A stretch of 64,000 bases of DNA from Callorhinchus milii. Taxonomy: Eukaryota. The DNA is taken from the NCBI RefSeq assembly GCF_018977255.1, contig NW_024704743.1, positions 19,160,001-19,224,000 on the forward strand. Direction: 5' to 3'. The notes under the pieces are model-generated. The model did no database searches. It was not told where the DNA came from and saw only the letters and a program-made list of their open reading frames with translations. Shown here in pieces: positions 25,046-36,760 of this stretch. Each line of letters opens with the position of its first letter. Within the stretch, counting starts at the first letter, position 1. The translations under genes and the position numbers were made by a program.

Positions 25046-26587
25046 TATTTTAAGCAATAACATATTTCTGATTCCAACAGTGGAGAGGATAAAAAGTGTT
25101 GTTGATAGTATCGATGAGCATTGCCTATCAGTAAAATAAAAACAGAAAATATTGAAATGAAGAGAGAGATACAGAGAGAGGTAAGAAATGATTCACCTAC
25201 CAGATGACAAGCTTATGTTTTCTGAAGTCCTGTCCAGTGGTGCGAGAAAAGTTTCACACAAGTCTCTGAGACACTGTGGAAGTCTCAGACAAGGTTGGGC
25301 TCTACAGAGAGTTAGGAGATGTTTAAGGAAGAATAGATCTTTGACACCAATGAGGAAACTGAGTTTCTTGGGGCCACTTCAGCAATGGAGATGATGTGGA
25401 AATTCATGTTGATAAATTAGATAAGACAGTGAGGCCCAGGATGTTGTCAGAGGAGGAGGATTAACATTGGAACAACTGTGACCTTTGAAAATCAGCAGGA
25501 AAGGGAATTTTTCCAACAAATCTTTTCTTTTGAATGGAATACCTTGAGGAATTTAACACCATTAAAAACAATTGGGAACAACTTATTCCATACATATACT
25601 ACTACACTAAACGCAAATGTAAGTTATCTTTGCTTGCTCACTGGAAGGCTGAAACATGTTTTTGACTTAAAGACTTTATTTCGCTGATAAATCAAATGTC
25701 CAGATAGCATAGGCACCCCAGTCAGTGACACTTCAGTTGAAGCAGAGATCTGAATATTATGGTTATTCCTGTATTGACCGGAAGTGCCTCAACAGCAGCA
25801 AGTATATGGCAGCTACTGGAGGAGTAAAAGTGTAACATAAAAATAACAAGGTCTAACATTTGTAACCTGGAAGTCTGTGCCAATTCTGACTTCTTCATAG
25901 CAGCTGAAATTTGGTAGGAAAAAAAGCAAACTACATGTTTCTTTCTGCTCTCCTATCAAAACTATTTGGGCTTTCTCTTGGCTAAGAATAGCTCTGAAAT
26001 TAAAACACTATCTGTATAAAACAAATCGGAGGTTGAGGCAAAAGACAGGGAAGTAAAAAGTTAGCTGCAAAATGATCTTTGCCAATGTTTGGGACTTTTT
26101 GTTTCAGCAAATTGTGAAATTTCTGGCACAAAAGGGAAGTTGGATTTGGTGCTTTGTGAATGTCACGCAATTATGCCCCGATATCAGGAATGGCATAAAG
26201 TGAACATTTTACATTTGGAAATTCAACCAGACACATTTGATATTGTAGACCCATCTCCATTCAGAGTCAAGGAGATTACATTTATTTGGATTTGAATTCT
26301 GGATTTCAAAACTGCCATTTTAAATTTTGAAGGTCAATATTTTTGGCTGCTGAAATTTACGCAGCAGCTTTATTCTCTGCTAAGTCTAATGGGCATCTGG
26401 AGACAGCTCTGCAGAGTGCAGGTGGCACATCAACTACTGCTGCAAACATGCTGATTTAGTACTTGATTTACAGGGAAATTGGTCCATAAGTGTCTGCAGC
26501 TTGTGATTTGATCTAAAATCCTGCTATGCAGAAGAGAAAGACTGCAGGAAAGGCTTCCCGTGAGAGCTGGGAGGACCTGGTGAGGGA

Positions 26588-27650
26588 ACAGCAACTTGCA
26601 TTTATATAGATCCCTTCACATAATGTCGCATCCCAGAGCATTTGACATTGGTGGAGTGTAACAATGAGCCAGGGGGAGAGGGGGAGAAGGTGACTGTAAG
26701 CACGATCAAAAAGATGGAGAGACGGCAGGATTGAGGGAGAGAGTTGCAGAGTTTTGGGGTGTGGTGGCTGAAGGCACGGCCACTGATGGTGGTACGGTTG
26801 GGACGAGGGACAAACAGGAGGCTAGAGCCAGCTAAGTGGAGGTAGCTTAGCTAGCCTCGGCCTCCTGTTTGTCCCTCATTCCTCCGGCCTCCTGTTTGTC
26901 CCCCGATAGAGTGGGGTGTAAGCAGATCGGATAAGTAGGAAGATGAGAGGGCATGAAGGGTTTTAAAACTTGTGAGAGTATCCTGGAATTGATCCGTTCG
27001 GTAACTGGGAGCCAGTGGAGCCTGGTGTGATGGGGGTACGGAGTTTTGTGCGGGTGAGTATCCGGGTGGCAGAGTTTTGAATTAATTGAATTTGTATATG
27101 GTAGAGTTGGGGAGACGAGCGAGGAGGGCATTGGAATAGTCCAGCCGGGAAGTTACAAAGGCGTGGACGAGGGTTTCGGCTGAGTCAGTTGTGAGTTACA
27201 GACAGAGGCAGGTAATGTGGGGGAGGTGGAAAAAAGCGGACCTGATTAGGGAATGATAGGGGTAAAAAGGAAAACTGCAGATCGAACCTGACGCCTAAGT
27301 TGCGTACAGTTTCGGTGAGTCTAAGGGACAGCTTGGGGAGGTTGAGGAGTTCAGATCTGCAGGAGAGAAGACGTTGAAGTCAAAGCGTATGGCTTCTGTC
27401 TTGTCGACATTCAGCTGCAGGAAATTTGTGCTCATCGAAGCCTTGATGTCCAGCAGACAGGCTGACAGGACATCAGTGGACTGGGAGTTGCAGCTGCAGG
27501 AGAAGTAGATTTGGGTGTCATCCGCATACATGTAGAAGTTGACCCTATATCTGCGGATGATGTTGCTGAGAGGGAGGCTGCAGATAAGGAAAAGAAGGCG
27601 GCCAAAGATGGTGACGGGTCGGGGGTGGAAGGAAGAACCTACACGAACAC
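26588..27650 (-). mobile_element. L2 LINE fragment with an internal fold-back duplication
   Basis: MYADDTQIYFS...FLQLNVDKTEAI and RLHWLPVTERI. Confidence 0.92.
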
Positions 27651-28188
27651 TTAGAACCAGAGCTATATGACAAGAGATGGCTTCAGTGCTGACAGAGTCT
27701 ACCTGGATTTGGGAGATCCAAATGATTCAATAATAATAATAATCCTTACATTTGGCATAGTCCCTTTCACATTAGGATGACATCTCAAAGCACTTCACAG
27801 GATATACTATAAAGTGTAATGACTGTGTATTTTGTAGGTAAATGCAACAGCGACTTTGCGCACAGCAATTAAGTGAATGACCAATTGTATTGTTGGCCAG
27901 GACCCTGGGAGAAGCTACTTTCTCTTTTCAAATCATGCCATGGAACCTTTAACATCTACCTGAATGGATAGACAGGTTTACCATCTTATCTGAAGGACGG
28001 CACCTCCAAAAGGCTTTGGAGTATCAACTTAGAATCTGAGCTATAGTTATAGCTATAGTTGGATGACCTAGTGCTGTACGGTATAGTGGAAACGCACAAA
28101 CTACAATGTATAAACAGACTTGCACTCTAACAAGTCACCTTTTAACTGGGTTGGACTGTATTTCGTATTCTCCCACTACATTCTGCGT

Positions 28189-28564
28189 GGAGTCCTGTAG
28201 CTTAGTGGTTAGAGCATTCGCCTCGCAAGCGAGAGGACTTGAGTTCGCTTCCCGGGCAGGCCGAAATGTTGGTAAGTTTCCTTACTCCACAAGCCTCTGT
28301 TTACCTAGCAGTAAATAGGAACCCGATTGTTAGTTGTGTGGCGGATCGCTTTTCCGAGGGTAATGGTTCCTTCAAAATAAATAAAAATAATTTGGTCCCT
28401 CAATCCACGACTGTTTGTGGGACACTACTGTGCATGATTGGCTGCCCCATTTCGCCCACAAAATATGCAGTTAATTCAGTTTACAGTATATTCTGTGAAA
28501 CGCTTTGAGACATCTCAAAGATGTGATAAGGCACTATATCAAATGCAAGGATAATTATTATTAT
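28189..28564 (+). mobile_element. Family A DeuSINE (long subfamily), full length
   Basis: Head, extra segment, Deu core and tail all present. Confidence 0.9.
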
Positions 28565-29147
28565 AATTTTACACCGAGTCCAAAATACACTCACTGAGCT
28601 AGGGATTCATAGAGATGCTCATGGTGCTTGCAAAAAGTATGATTGCCACATTTAATACCTGCTGCTTTCACCACTGCGGAGTTCTAGCATTCTGGATCAT
28701 GCTGGGTGAAATAGTTGTGCCAGTACAGGGAAGCTTGCTCTTGTCCTGCATCTGGTATAATAAAGGCAGATGCTCCCCTCAAACTCATTATCACGTCTGA
28801 CAGAAATAGAATGCTTTATATGGCACCAGTTTGCAATGAAGACATCCGGAAATGTACTGCTTGTGTGAATAAACATAAAGCTTACCCAGTTACCTCTGCC
28901 CTCTCCAGATTTAGATGTCGTGGGGTATCATTTGCAATGTTCACAAAAGGGGGATATATCAAACACTGACAAATATGAAACTAAAGTCTGGAGAGCAAAT
29001 TGATGTCTCCTCGCAGCCATTTAGTTCACTTTCTGATTTTGCTTTCTTAGAAAACTATGATGTTGCAAATGTTGTTGTTGTTGAACGTCCAATGTATAAG
29101 AAAATTAATTCTGAGTCAGGCAATGTTCATTTATTTATAAAAAAGTA

Positions 29148-29690
29148 GTGTATATATAGCTAATATATTATCTAATATATTTCTAATATATACATCTAGT
29201 ATATCCACATATCTAATATATCCATATAATATATATCTACTATTATTATTATCTAATATACATCTCATCTTTGAATTCCACCATGTCCCCATTACCTATG
29301 TGATCTCCTTCATCCCTACTAACCCGGTCCCTCCCTTCGCTCAGTGAGCACCGGCCTGCTTCATGTCCCCTAGGCTATCTGCCCCACCATCAATGGGCGG
29401 GTTTTCAAGGCACGTTTCAAAATGTACCATACTTTCAGTCATCTTTCCCCTTCCCACCCCCCTCAGCTCCCATCGCCAGTTCAGGTGTCCATCCAGCACT
29501 GAGAATGCACTTTGGAATGTCCTTCCAGCTTAAAAAAAATTATATAAATGTAAATTATAGTGTATATATCCTCTTAATATACATCTAATATTTCCACCTA
29601 ATGTATATCTAATATATACACCCAATATATCACCTAATATATACATATAATATATAATATATCCACTTAATATGTAACTAATATATCTGC
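29148..29690. repeat. AT-rich degenerate minisatellite (atatatctaat-like) split by an L2 3' fragment (about 29270-29560, +)
   Basis: Repeated tctaatatat units on both sides of an L2 remnant. Confidence 0.7.
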
Positions 29691-31052
29691 CTTTGGGAGG
29701 TTTTATTTACATGGAGAGTTGTCAGCATGTGGATGTGCCAAAGGCCTTAGTTGACAGAATGTATTTCACCTTTCTATTCAGAACTAGATAGATCTAAAAC
29801 ACAATCATGTTCAGAGGTATGTGGAAAAGCCAGGTAAATGGGGCTGAATAATTGTTCTGTGAAGGATCCAGCACAGACACGGTGGACTGAATGCTCTTCT
29901 GTGCTGTACATTTTGTTTGTTTCTAATCCTATCTTTACCCTTATTTCTTTGTGTTTGCCTTTTATTAAAACACATAATCACATAAGCATAATCTGAAGTC
30001 ATTTGGTAAATCAGGCTTGGAAGAGATTCTGTTGTACAAATTGCGTCTGTATTGATGAAAACCTAAACTAAAATTTTGACTGGAATATTAAAACTAGGAG
30101 TGCAGCTTCAAAATGCCGGAGGGTGAGTGTGTTGGTACAGTATTGCTGATGCTTAGTTCTTAACGATTGTAACCAAGGATGAATGAGTTTTTTGATGTTG
30201 GTTCTTTGAGCTCGAGGGCCTTATTTAGAGTTTCAGGAACAGAAGGCACTCTGTTTCCACCAGTGATTGCTGTACAAATATGAAAACAATCCTGTCATTG
30301 ACCAACAATCCCCCAGATAAAGTGGTCATTCATTTCATGGGCTGTTTGTAGCACATTACTGTATGTGAATTGACTCCTGCGTTTACCTACAAAAAAAACG
30401 TTACTTCACTTTACAGCATATTCTGTGAAATGCTTTGAGGAGTCCTCCCAATATGAAAGGTGCTATATCAAATGCAATGAATATTATCATTATTATTATA
30501 AACTGTTTCAGTTGAAAAATAGTGTTATTTTTCTTTTTGTGAACAAAGCAAAACAATGCTGTACCAAGTCACAAGGTTAAATTCTAATCGCTGGCTCTGC
30601 AAGTCTTAGTTATAAAGACAAATTTGGGGTAATAAACTTGGGGGGAAAATAACAACATGTGAAGTGATAATCAGCACTGACAATAGTTATCGCATCACAT
30701 ACTGCATTCTGCTTCCCTTAGGTCCGAAAATCGACCTGCCGATTCTGGGGACAGTTCCCGGATGAGGTATTGTCTTCCTGGCAAAATTTGCCCTGTCTTC
30801 AGTTCAGCAACAAACTGAGCAAGAACAATAAAATCCAAAAAAACAGATACACTCATCTGTAGAGGCATTAATCCAACAAGCTTCCCCAGCCCTGCCAGCA
30901 TCAGGAACTGTGGTTCAGTTTTTCTATATTTTCCACCTCTGCGCAATCTTAAACTTTAAGAAAAAAATGCTCTTTTTAGGTTATATAAGATGAAATTTGG
31001 TAAAATTTTGGACCTAAAGGTCAAACACGTGGAGTTAAACATATTACAATGA

Positions 31053-31084
31053 GCAAAAAGCAAAATACTACAGATGCTGGAAAT
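31053..31084. mobile_element. 32-bp fragment of a Penelope-like terminal repeat with a 13-bp TSD
   Basis: gcaaaatactacagatgctggaaat flanked by catattacaatga at 31040-31052 and 31085-31097. Confidence 0.75.
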
Positions 31085-32103
31085 CATATTACAATGATCC
31101 TTAATGAATAAGTGATTTTTAAAAATCAAATATCTAAAATTATATTTATCTTTCAGTTAGTGTTTCAGTGAATAAGGTGTGATGCAGGACAGGCAATGTT
31201 GCCTCAAATTATGTGTTTATAATAATTCTTGCATTTGTTACACCCTTTTAACATGTCTCTAAGCGATTTACAATGTTTTTCTGTAAAGTCCAGTGACTGT
31301 GTATTTTGTAGGCAAACAGTGCAGTCAATTTATGCACATCAGTGTCCCACAAACAGCCATCAAGTGCATACCATATTTTTTAATCTGGAAAATTGATGGC
31401 TAGCAATAAACTCCTTTCCTTTTTTGAATAGTGTCATGGGATCTTTAATGTCTAAATGAACAGGGAAACGTCCAGGGGGACCTCAGTTTAATAATTTATC
31501 CGAAGGACACCACCTCTGACCATGCAGCGCTCCCTAACAATCCATAACAGTATCAGCTTAGTTTGTGAGTTTGTCTATTCAAGAGTCTCCTGTCACTCCT
31601 GGTCTGTGTGCTGTGTATTTGATTAAAAATGACTCGATTTGAAAGAAAAGTGACAGAACAATATTATAACAGAGGCCCAATTACAGATCACGCAACTGAC
31701 ATAGTCAAGAGAAGGAAGTCAAATAGAAGGAAGTCCATCAATGTCAATAGAAACCCTTAAGAAAAGTCTTTATCTTGGAGGACTATCTCTTAAGTGTAGC
31801 ATTGTATTTTGCTTCTGGCATTTGTTTTCCATTTCACTTTGCAACAGGTTTCAAATGTTTCTGATATCAAACAAGGGCAACACTGATGGATGTGGTTCAT
31901 GAAGTACTGAAAGAGTAGTGTTCTCACAGTGACACAGTCTGTAAGTAATGACACTGTGGTTTCCTGGTTCATGGGAGAACCCTAATAAAACATTGTGAGG
32001 TGAACAGGAATAAAAGGAATCATTCCCTTTCACCTCCGAGAGAAAGGAATTAGGGAAGCTGCCAAGAATTTCTGAGGCTGATGCTAGCAGCAAGTGACTG
32101 CAA

Positions 32104-32459
32104 GGAGTTCTGTAGCTTAGTTGTTAGAGCACTCGCCTTGCAAGCAAGAGGATCTGGGTTTGATTCCCGGGCAGGACGAAACGTTGCTTACTCCACACAC
32201 CTCTGTTCACCTGGCAGGAAGTAAGAACACGGTTGTTAATCGATTGGTGGATTGTTTTTCCTGGGGTAATAATCCCTTCCAAAAAAATAGTAATTTAGTC
32301 GCTCAATCCATGACTGTTTGTGGAACACTGCTGTGCACAATTGGCTGCCGAGTTTCACCCACGAAATATACAGTCAATTCACTTTACAGGATATTCTGTG
32401 AATTGCTTTGAGATATCTCGAAGACGTATCAAATGCAAAGATTATTATTTATTATTATA
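32104..32459 (+). mobile_element. Family A DeuSINE (long subfamily)
   Basis: Head, core and tail. Confidence 0.88.
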
Positions 32460-32539
32460 TTCAGGTCATATTTATCACCAGATCCAAACCTGAAAGTCTT
32501 TTGCAAACGCTCCCATTCTACACCCTCAGTCATTTCAGC

Positions 32540-33020
32540 TGGCTTCAAGGTGACATGTTTGACAATAGAATGACAGAATCAATCCTTTGTGTCAGTCTTG
32601 GTAGTCAGGTTCCTGAGCCAAACAAATCCCCAGTACCCCAGCACAGTGCTGATGGCAGGCAACACAGTGTATTCACATTCAGTATATTCAGTATATTTAC
32701 AGTATATTCTGTGAAGTGCTTTGAGCCATCTCGAAGGTGTGATAAAGCGTTATATCAAATGCAAGGATTATTATTATTGTTAAGATATCTGGCTCAGTTT
32801 CCTGTTAACCCTACAAGCCCTTCTAACAGATAGATGGCCTTAGCTGGACAAGCAGTTAAAAGCTTCCAGACAGCCAATACGGGTTTAGCTGGTTAAATTC
32901 CAATAGCACCCCAACACACACTCTGAAGTCCCCAAGCCTTGGTCCCTGCAAACCTATGCCTAATACTGTCTGGAATTAAGCAGGGTACGTGCCTCCAGGG
33001 AGATTGCATATTCTATTTCT
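32540..33020 (+). repeat. Family X repeat interrupted by a DeuSINE 3' fragment (about 32665-32780)
   Basis: caaggtgacatgtttg...gtagtcaggttcctgagcc...gtccccaagccttgg. Confidence 0.8.
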
Positions 33021-33840
33021 ATGTGGTTGTGAAATGTGCCTACACGTTTGTGGTTTACTGGAAATTGATAATAAGAAATTATCATAGCATTTGATATGCA
33101 TTTGATATCATTGCATTTGATTTATCAAATGGTTTCTCCTCTAGCCCTCACACCGTCTTGTGTGGTGTTCTTTGGTCCCCTCCTCTTCGATATCTATATG
33201 CTCCCTCTTGGCACTATACACATGTAATTTTGTTGTTATTATCACATCATCGAGACATAACAAAACAGCAATTACTATAAAGTGTAGTAACTATTTTTGT
33301 AGGTGAAAGTGACAGCCAAATTGCTCACAGCAACGTCCCACAAACAGCCATGAAGTACATGACCAATTTTATCTGTGAGATTTTTGGCCAGGACATCGGG
33401 GAAAGTCCATTCTCTTTTCAACTAGCGCCACAGAATCATTAATGTCCAGCTGCATCTGAAAAAAAGACACCTCTGATAAAGCATTGGATTGTGGTATCAA
33501 TCAAGACTTTGAACTCAATGTCCCAATGTGGGGCATGAACCTACAACCTTCATACTGAGGTGAAAGTGCGACCAGCTGAGCCAGAATGGCATCCTAAATT
33601 TCACCCACCATACACACAGTTTACTACACTTGGTAGTATATTCTGTGAACCACTTTGAGACGTTTTAATTGACATGACAGGGTGCTATATCAAATGTAAG
33701 GATTATTATAATTATTATTAAATTGCATAAAATTGCATTAAATCTCATTTATGAAACTAGACATTACAAGTGTTTGTCACTGTGTTATGGATCAATGCAA
33801 GCAGATTTTTGATGGAAAATCGAAGAAGTTCTCTTCTCAC

Positions 33841-33916
33841 CAAAACATGTGAACATGGTGGGAGGCAGGGCAGTGTATGACAGACAGTGTTCAGCTCTTT
33901 CGGGCACTCGGAGAAC
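33841..33916 (-). other. Candidate 76-nt exon (unverified)
   Basis: Acceptor atttctttcgccag, donor TTTG|gtgaga; two open frames (FSECPKELNTVCHTLPCLPPCSHVL or VLRVPERAEHCLSYTALPPTMFTCF); CpG-retaining unique DNA. Confidence 0.35.
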
Positions 33917-34179
33917 CTGGCGAAAGAAATTGCATAACTTTACAAAAGTCCCGGTAGATCAATAGTTCACGACCCAGTATGCATGTCAGAGAAAGTCAAA
34001 GTTGTAAATCATTTGGTCCAAACATCAAGTATCTTGTTCTGTGCAAATATTTGGGTCAAAACTATGACCTGATAATACTTAGCATATTTGCTGAAAAATG
34101 CAGTGCCAGACAGTCTTTAACTATAAACTGGTTTTGGGTGGAAACGGGTCTCAACTTCAACGCAATGGTTTAGAATTGA

Positions 34180-34565
34180 GTTCCAACTTCTATCTTCTTA
34201 CCTTTAAATCCCTCCATGCTCTCACCCAAACCTACTCTGTGACCTCCTCAAAACCTACAAACATGGCTGCTCCCTTCACTCAGCGGGCACCAACCTGCTT
34301 TATATTCCCCTACCTACTCGCCCAGCCTTTCTACAACCACTCTCTGGAACTCCATCCCGCAGTCCCTTCAACTTGTTCCCTCCCTCACCTCATTTAAGGT
34401 TTGTCTCACGATCTACTGTATTTGACTGTGTTTTTGGTCGTCTTAACCCTCCCCTCGACTCCCATCCTCAGCTCGGTTGTCCAGTCAGTACCTATAAGTG
34501 CTTTGGGATGTCCTCCCAACATGAAAGGTGCAATCTAAATTTAAATAGGGATTCTATTATATTAT
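34180..34565 (+). mobile_element. L2 LINE 3' fragment, decayed
   Basis: LLTFKSLHAL remnant and L2 tail. Confidence 0.8.
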
Positions 34566-35090
34566 AACTTAGGCCTGTGAAGCAAACTTCGAACAATCTA
34601 GAGGTCCTTTTTCACTGTACCTTCTCAGCTTCAATGCTGCAAGAGCAAGAGTCCCTGCTTTGAGGCCTCTAGGAAGTTAAATTGGCCTTTTAGATTCCTT
34701 CTTGTTTAGGATTCTCTCAATGGTTTCTGAGTTAGTTGGAATGCTGAGTGTGTTGTTAAACACTGGAGTACATATTGATAGGTGAGATAGCAATTGTGGG
34801 ATTTTAAACCTTGAAAGTCGTAAAAACTGATTAAACGCTGGCTATAAATCGTCCTAGCAAACAGCTCACAAGGCAGTGATGCCCCAATGTCTCATTACTG
34901 TACTGAGATGGAACAGTATTATGCCTTGACAACACAGGGGTCACCATTAGTCTTTGTCCTGACATTTGATAACAGACAAGAACACGCAAAGCAGGAATGA
35001 AAATTCCCTGTGACATTTGCAATATATATTCAAAAAAAAACAAGTTCCCCTTGAGTGATTTAATGCCATTTTAACATTCTTCCTCCGCTC

Positions 35091-35415
35091 TGTGTTACAT
35101 GGAAACAGGAGTAGGCTATTCAGCCCCTCGAGCCTGTTCCACCATTTTATAAGATCATGGCTGATCTGTATCTCAAGTCCAGTTACCCACCCTTGCCCCA
35201 TATTCCATGATACCCTGCCATGACAGATATCAATCCACCTCCCTCTATGGATCCAGCATCCACAGCCTTTTGGGGGAGAGAGTTCCAGAGTTCCAATGCT
35301 CTTTGGGTAAAAAAAACTGCCTCCTAATTTCACTCCTAAATGGCCTACCTTTAATTTTAAGATTGTGCCCCCTTGTTCTGGATTCCCCTACCAGAGGAAA
35401 TAGTTTCTCTCTATT
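35091..35415 (-). mobile_element. CR1 LINE 3' fragment
   Basis: KLFPLVGESRTRGHNLKIKGRPFRSEIRRQFF and CR1 3' UTR. Confidence 0.9.
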
Positions 35416-36519
35416 AGTGTTGAGATCCAAATTAATTTAACGGTCACTTTAATTCATCTTGCCCAGCGCCTCATGATAGTAGAACTCTACCTCCATTGGT
35501 CCTACATTCTGCAGACTTTCAAAAACTGTGACTCTTCATTCAGCGGGCACTGGCCTGCTTTACGTCCCCTGCCCTATCCGCCCAACCTTTCGTCCCTCAT
35601 TCTCTGGATCTCCATCCCGCAGTACCTACACCAAACCAAGCTCCATGTATCAAACTTAACTCAGGAACTAAATTAATACCTATACAATGAATTGTGTACA
35701 AGGGTATGGGGAAACGGTAGATAAATGGGATTGAAAGGAATGCTCTTTAAAGAGCCAGCACAGATATGATGGGCTGAATAGCCTTTTGCGCTGTGACTGT
35801 TTGTGGTTCTATGATTCTATGTTACTTTTCTATGAAAGGAGTTAGTTGTTTAGGAAATTTATGGTATTCAATGTCTTTCTTGCTGGAAATGAACCTTTTC
35901 TAACCTCAGATGTTCAATCGGTTCTATTGGCTCATTGTGGGGGTAATAGCATTGGACTTTAAGGCGAGAAGAGGAACAAGCTTTTAATTCTATGTAAATA
36001 TTATTTGGGGGGATGTACATTGTTCACTGTAGATTTTGATTGAGGTTAAATGATTGAGGTCTTCTGGCCAACAAACTGAGGTCCCATTCTGCCCATTCAA
36101 GTGGACTTTAAGGGTCCCAAGGCATTGTTTTGACAGAGAAGGGAGTTGCTCCTCGTGTCCTGGCTAACATTCCCAAAATGATCACTCACTTCTTGGCTGT
36201 GTGTGGTACATTGCTGTGTGTAAATGTGCTTCAGCATTTACCCACAAAATACATAGTCACTACACCTCATAGTGAAGTCATGTGAAGCACTTTGAGAAAT
36301 CCTCTGGGCGTGAAAGGCACTATTTCAAGTGTAAAGATTTTTATTATTTTTTAAGGGCTGCTTCTGTGCTAACATTTCTATTGTTTTAACACAAAGCACT
36401 CGAAGAAAGACAGTGATCCCAATAATATCACATGTGACTTGTTTATACCAAGAGATGATTAAAACTTGATGGGAACATATGCTTCTTGTACCGTTTCACC
36501 CAGAAAATCTAGTCTCCCG

Positions 36520-36760
36520 CATGGCCCGCCCATACCACATTCCCTTTGCCTCGCTCCCTCCCTTGCCTCCTTCAAGGCACACCTCAAGACCCTCCTCTTC
36601 GATCGTGCATTCGACCACCCTCCTATCCTCTCTGCCCTCCACCCTCCCTGATCCCAACCTCTTCCCCACCCCACTCAGGTCCTAATCCCTGACTGTTCAG
36701 TGCCTTGGGATGTCCTCCCGACGTGAAAGGGGCTTTACAAATAGAATTTTGTATTGTATT
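36520..36760 (+). mobile_element. L2 3' end
   Basis: SLASFKAHLKTLLFDRAF and tail. Confidence 0.85.

Noticed and set aside
28659..28797. Minus-strand segment with good acceptor and donor (similar case at about 38693-38807)
   Set aside because: All frames closed; a non-coding exon cannot be supported from sequence alone
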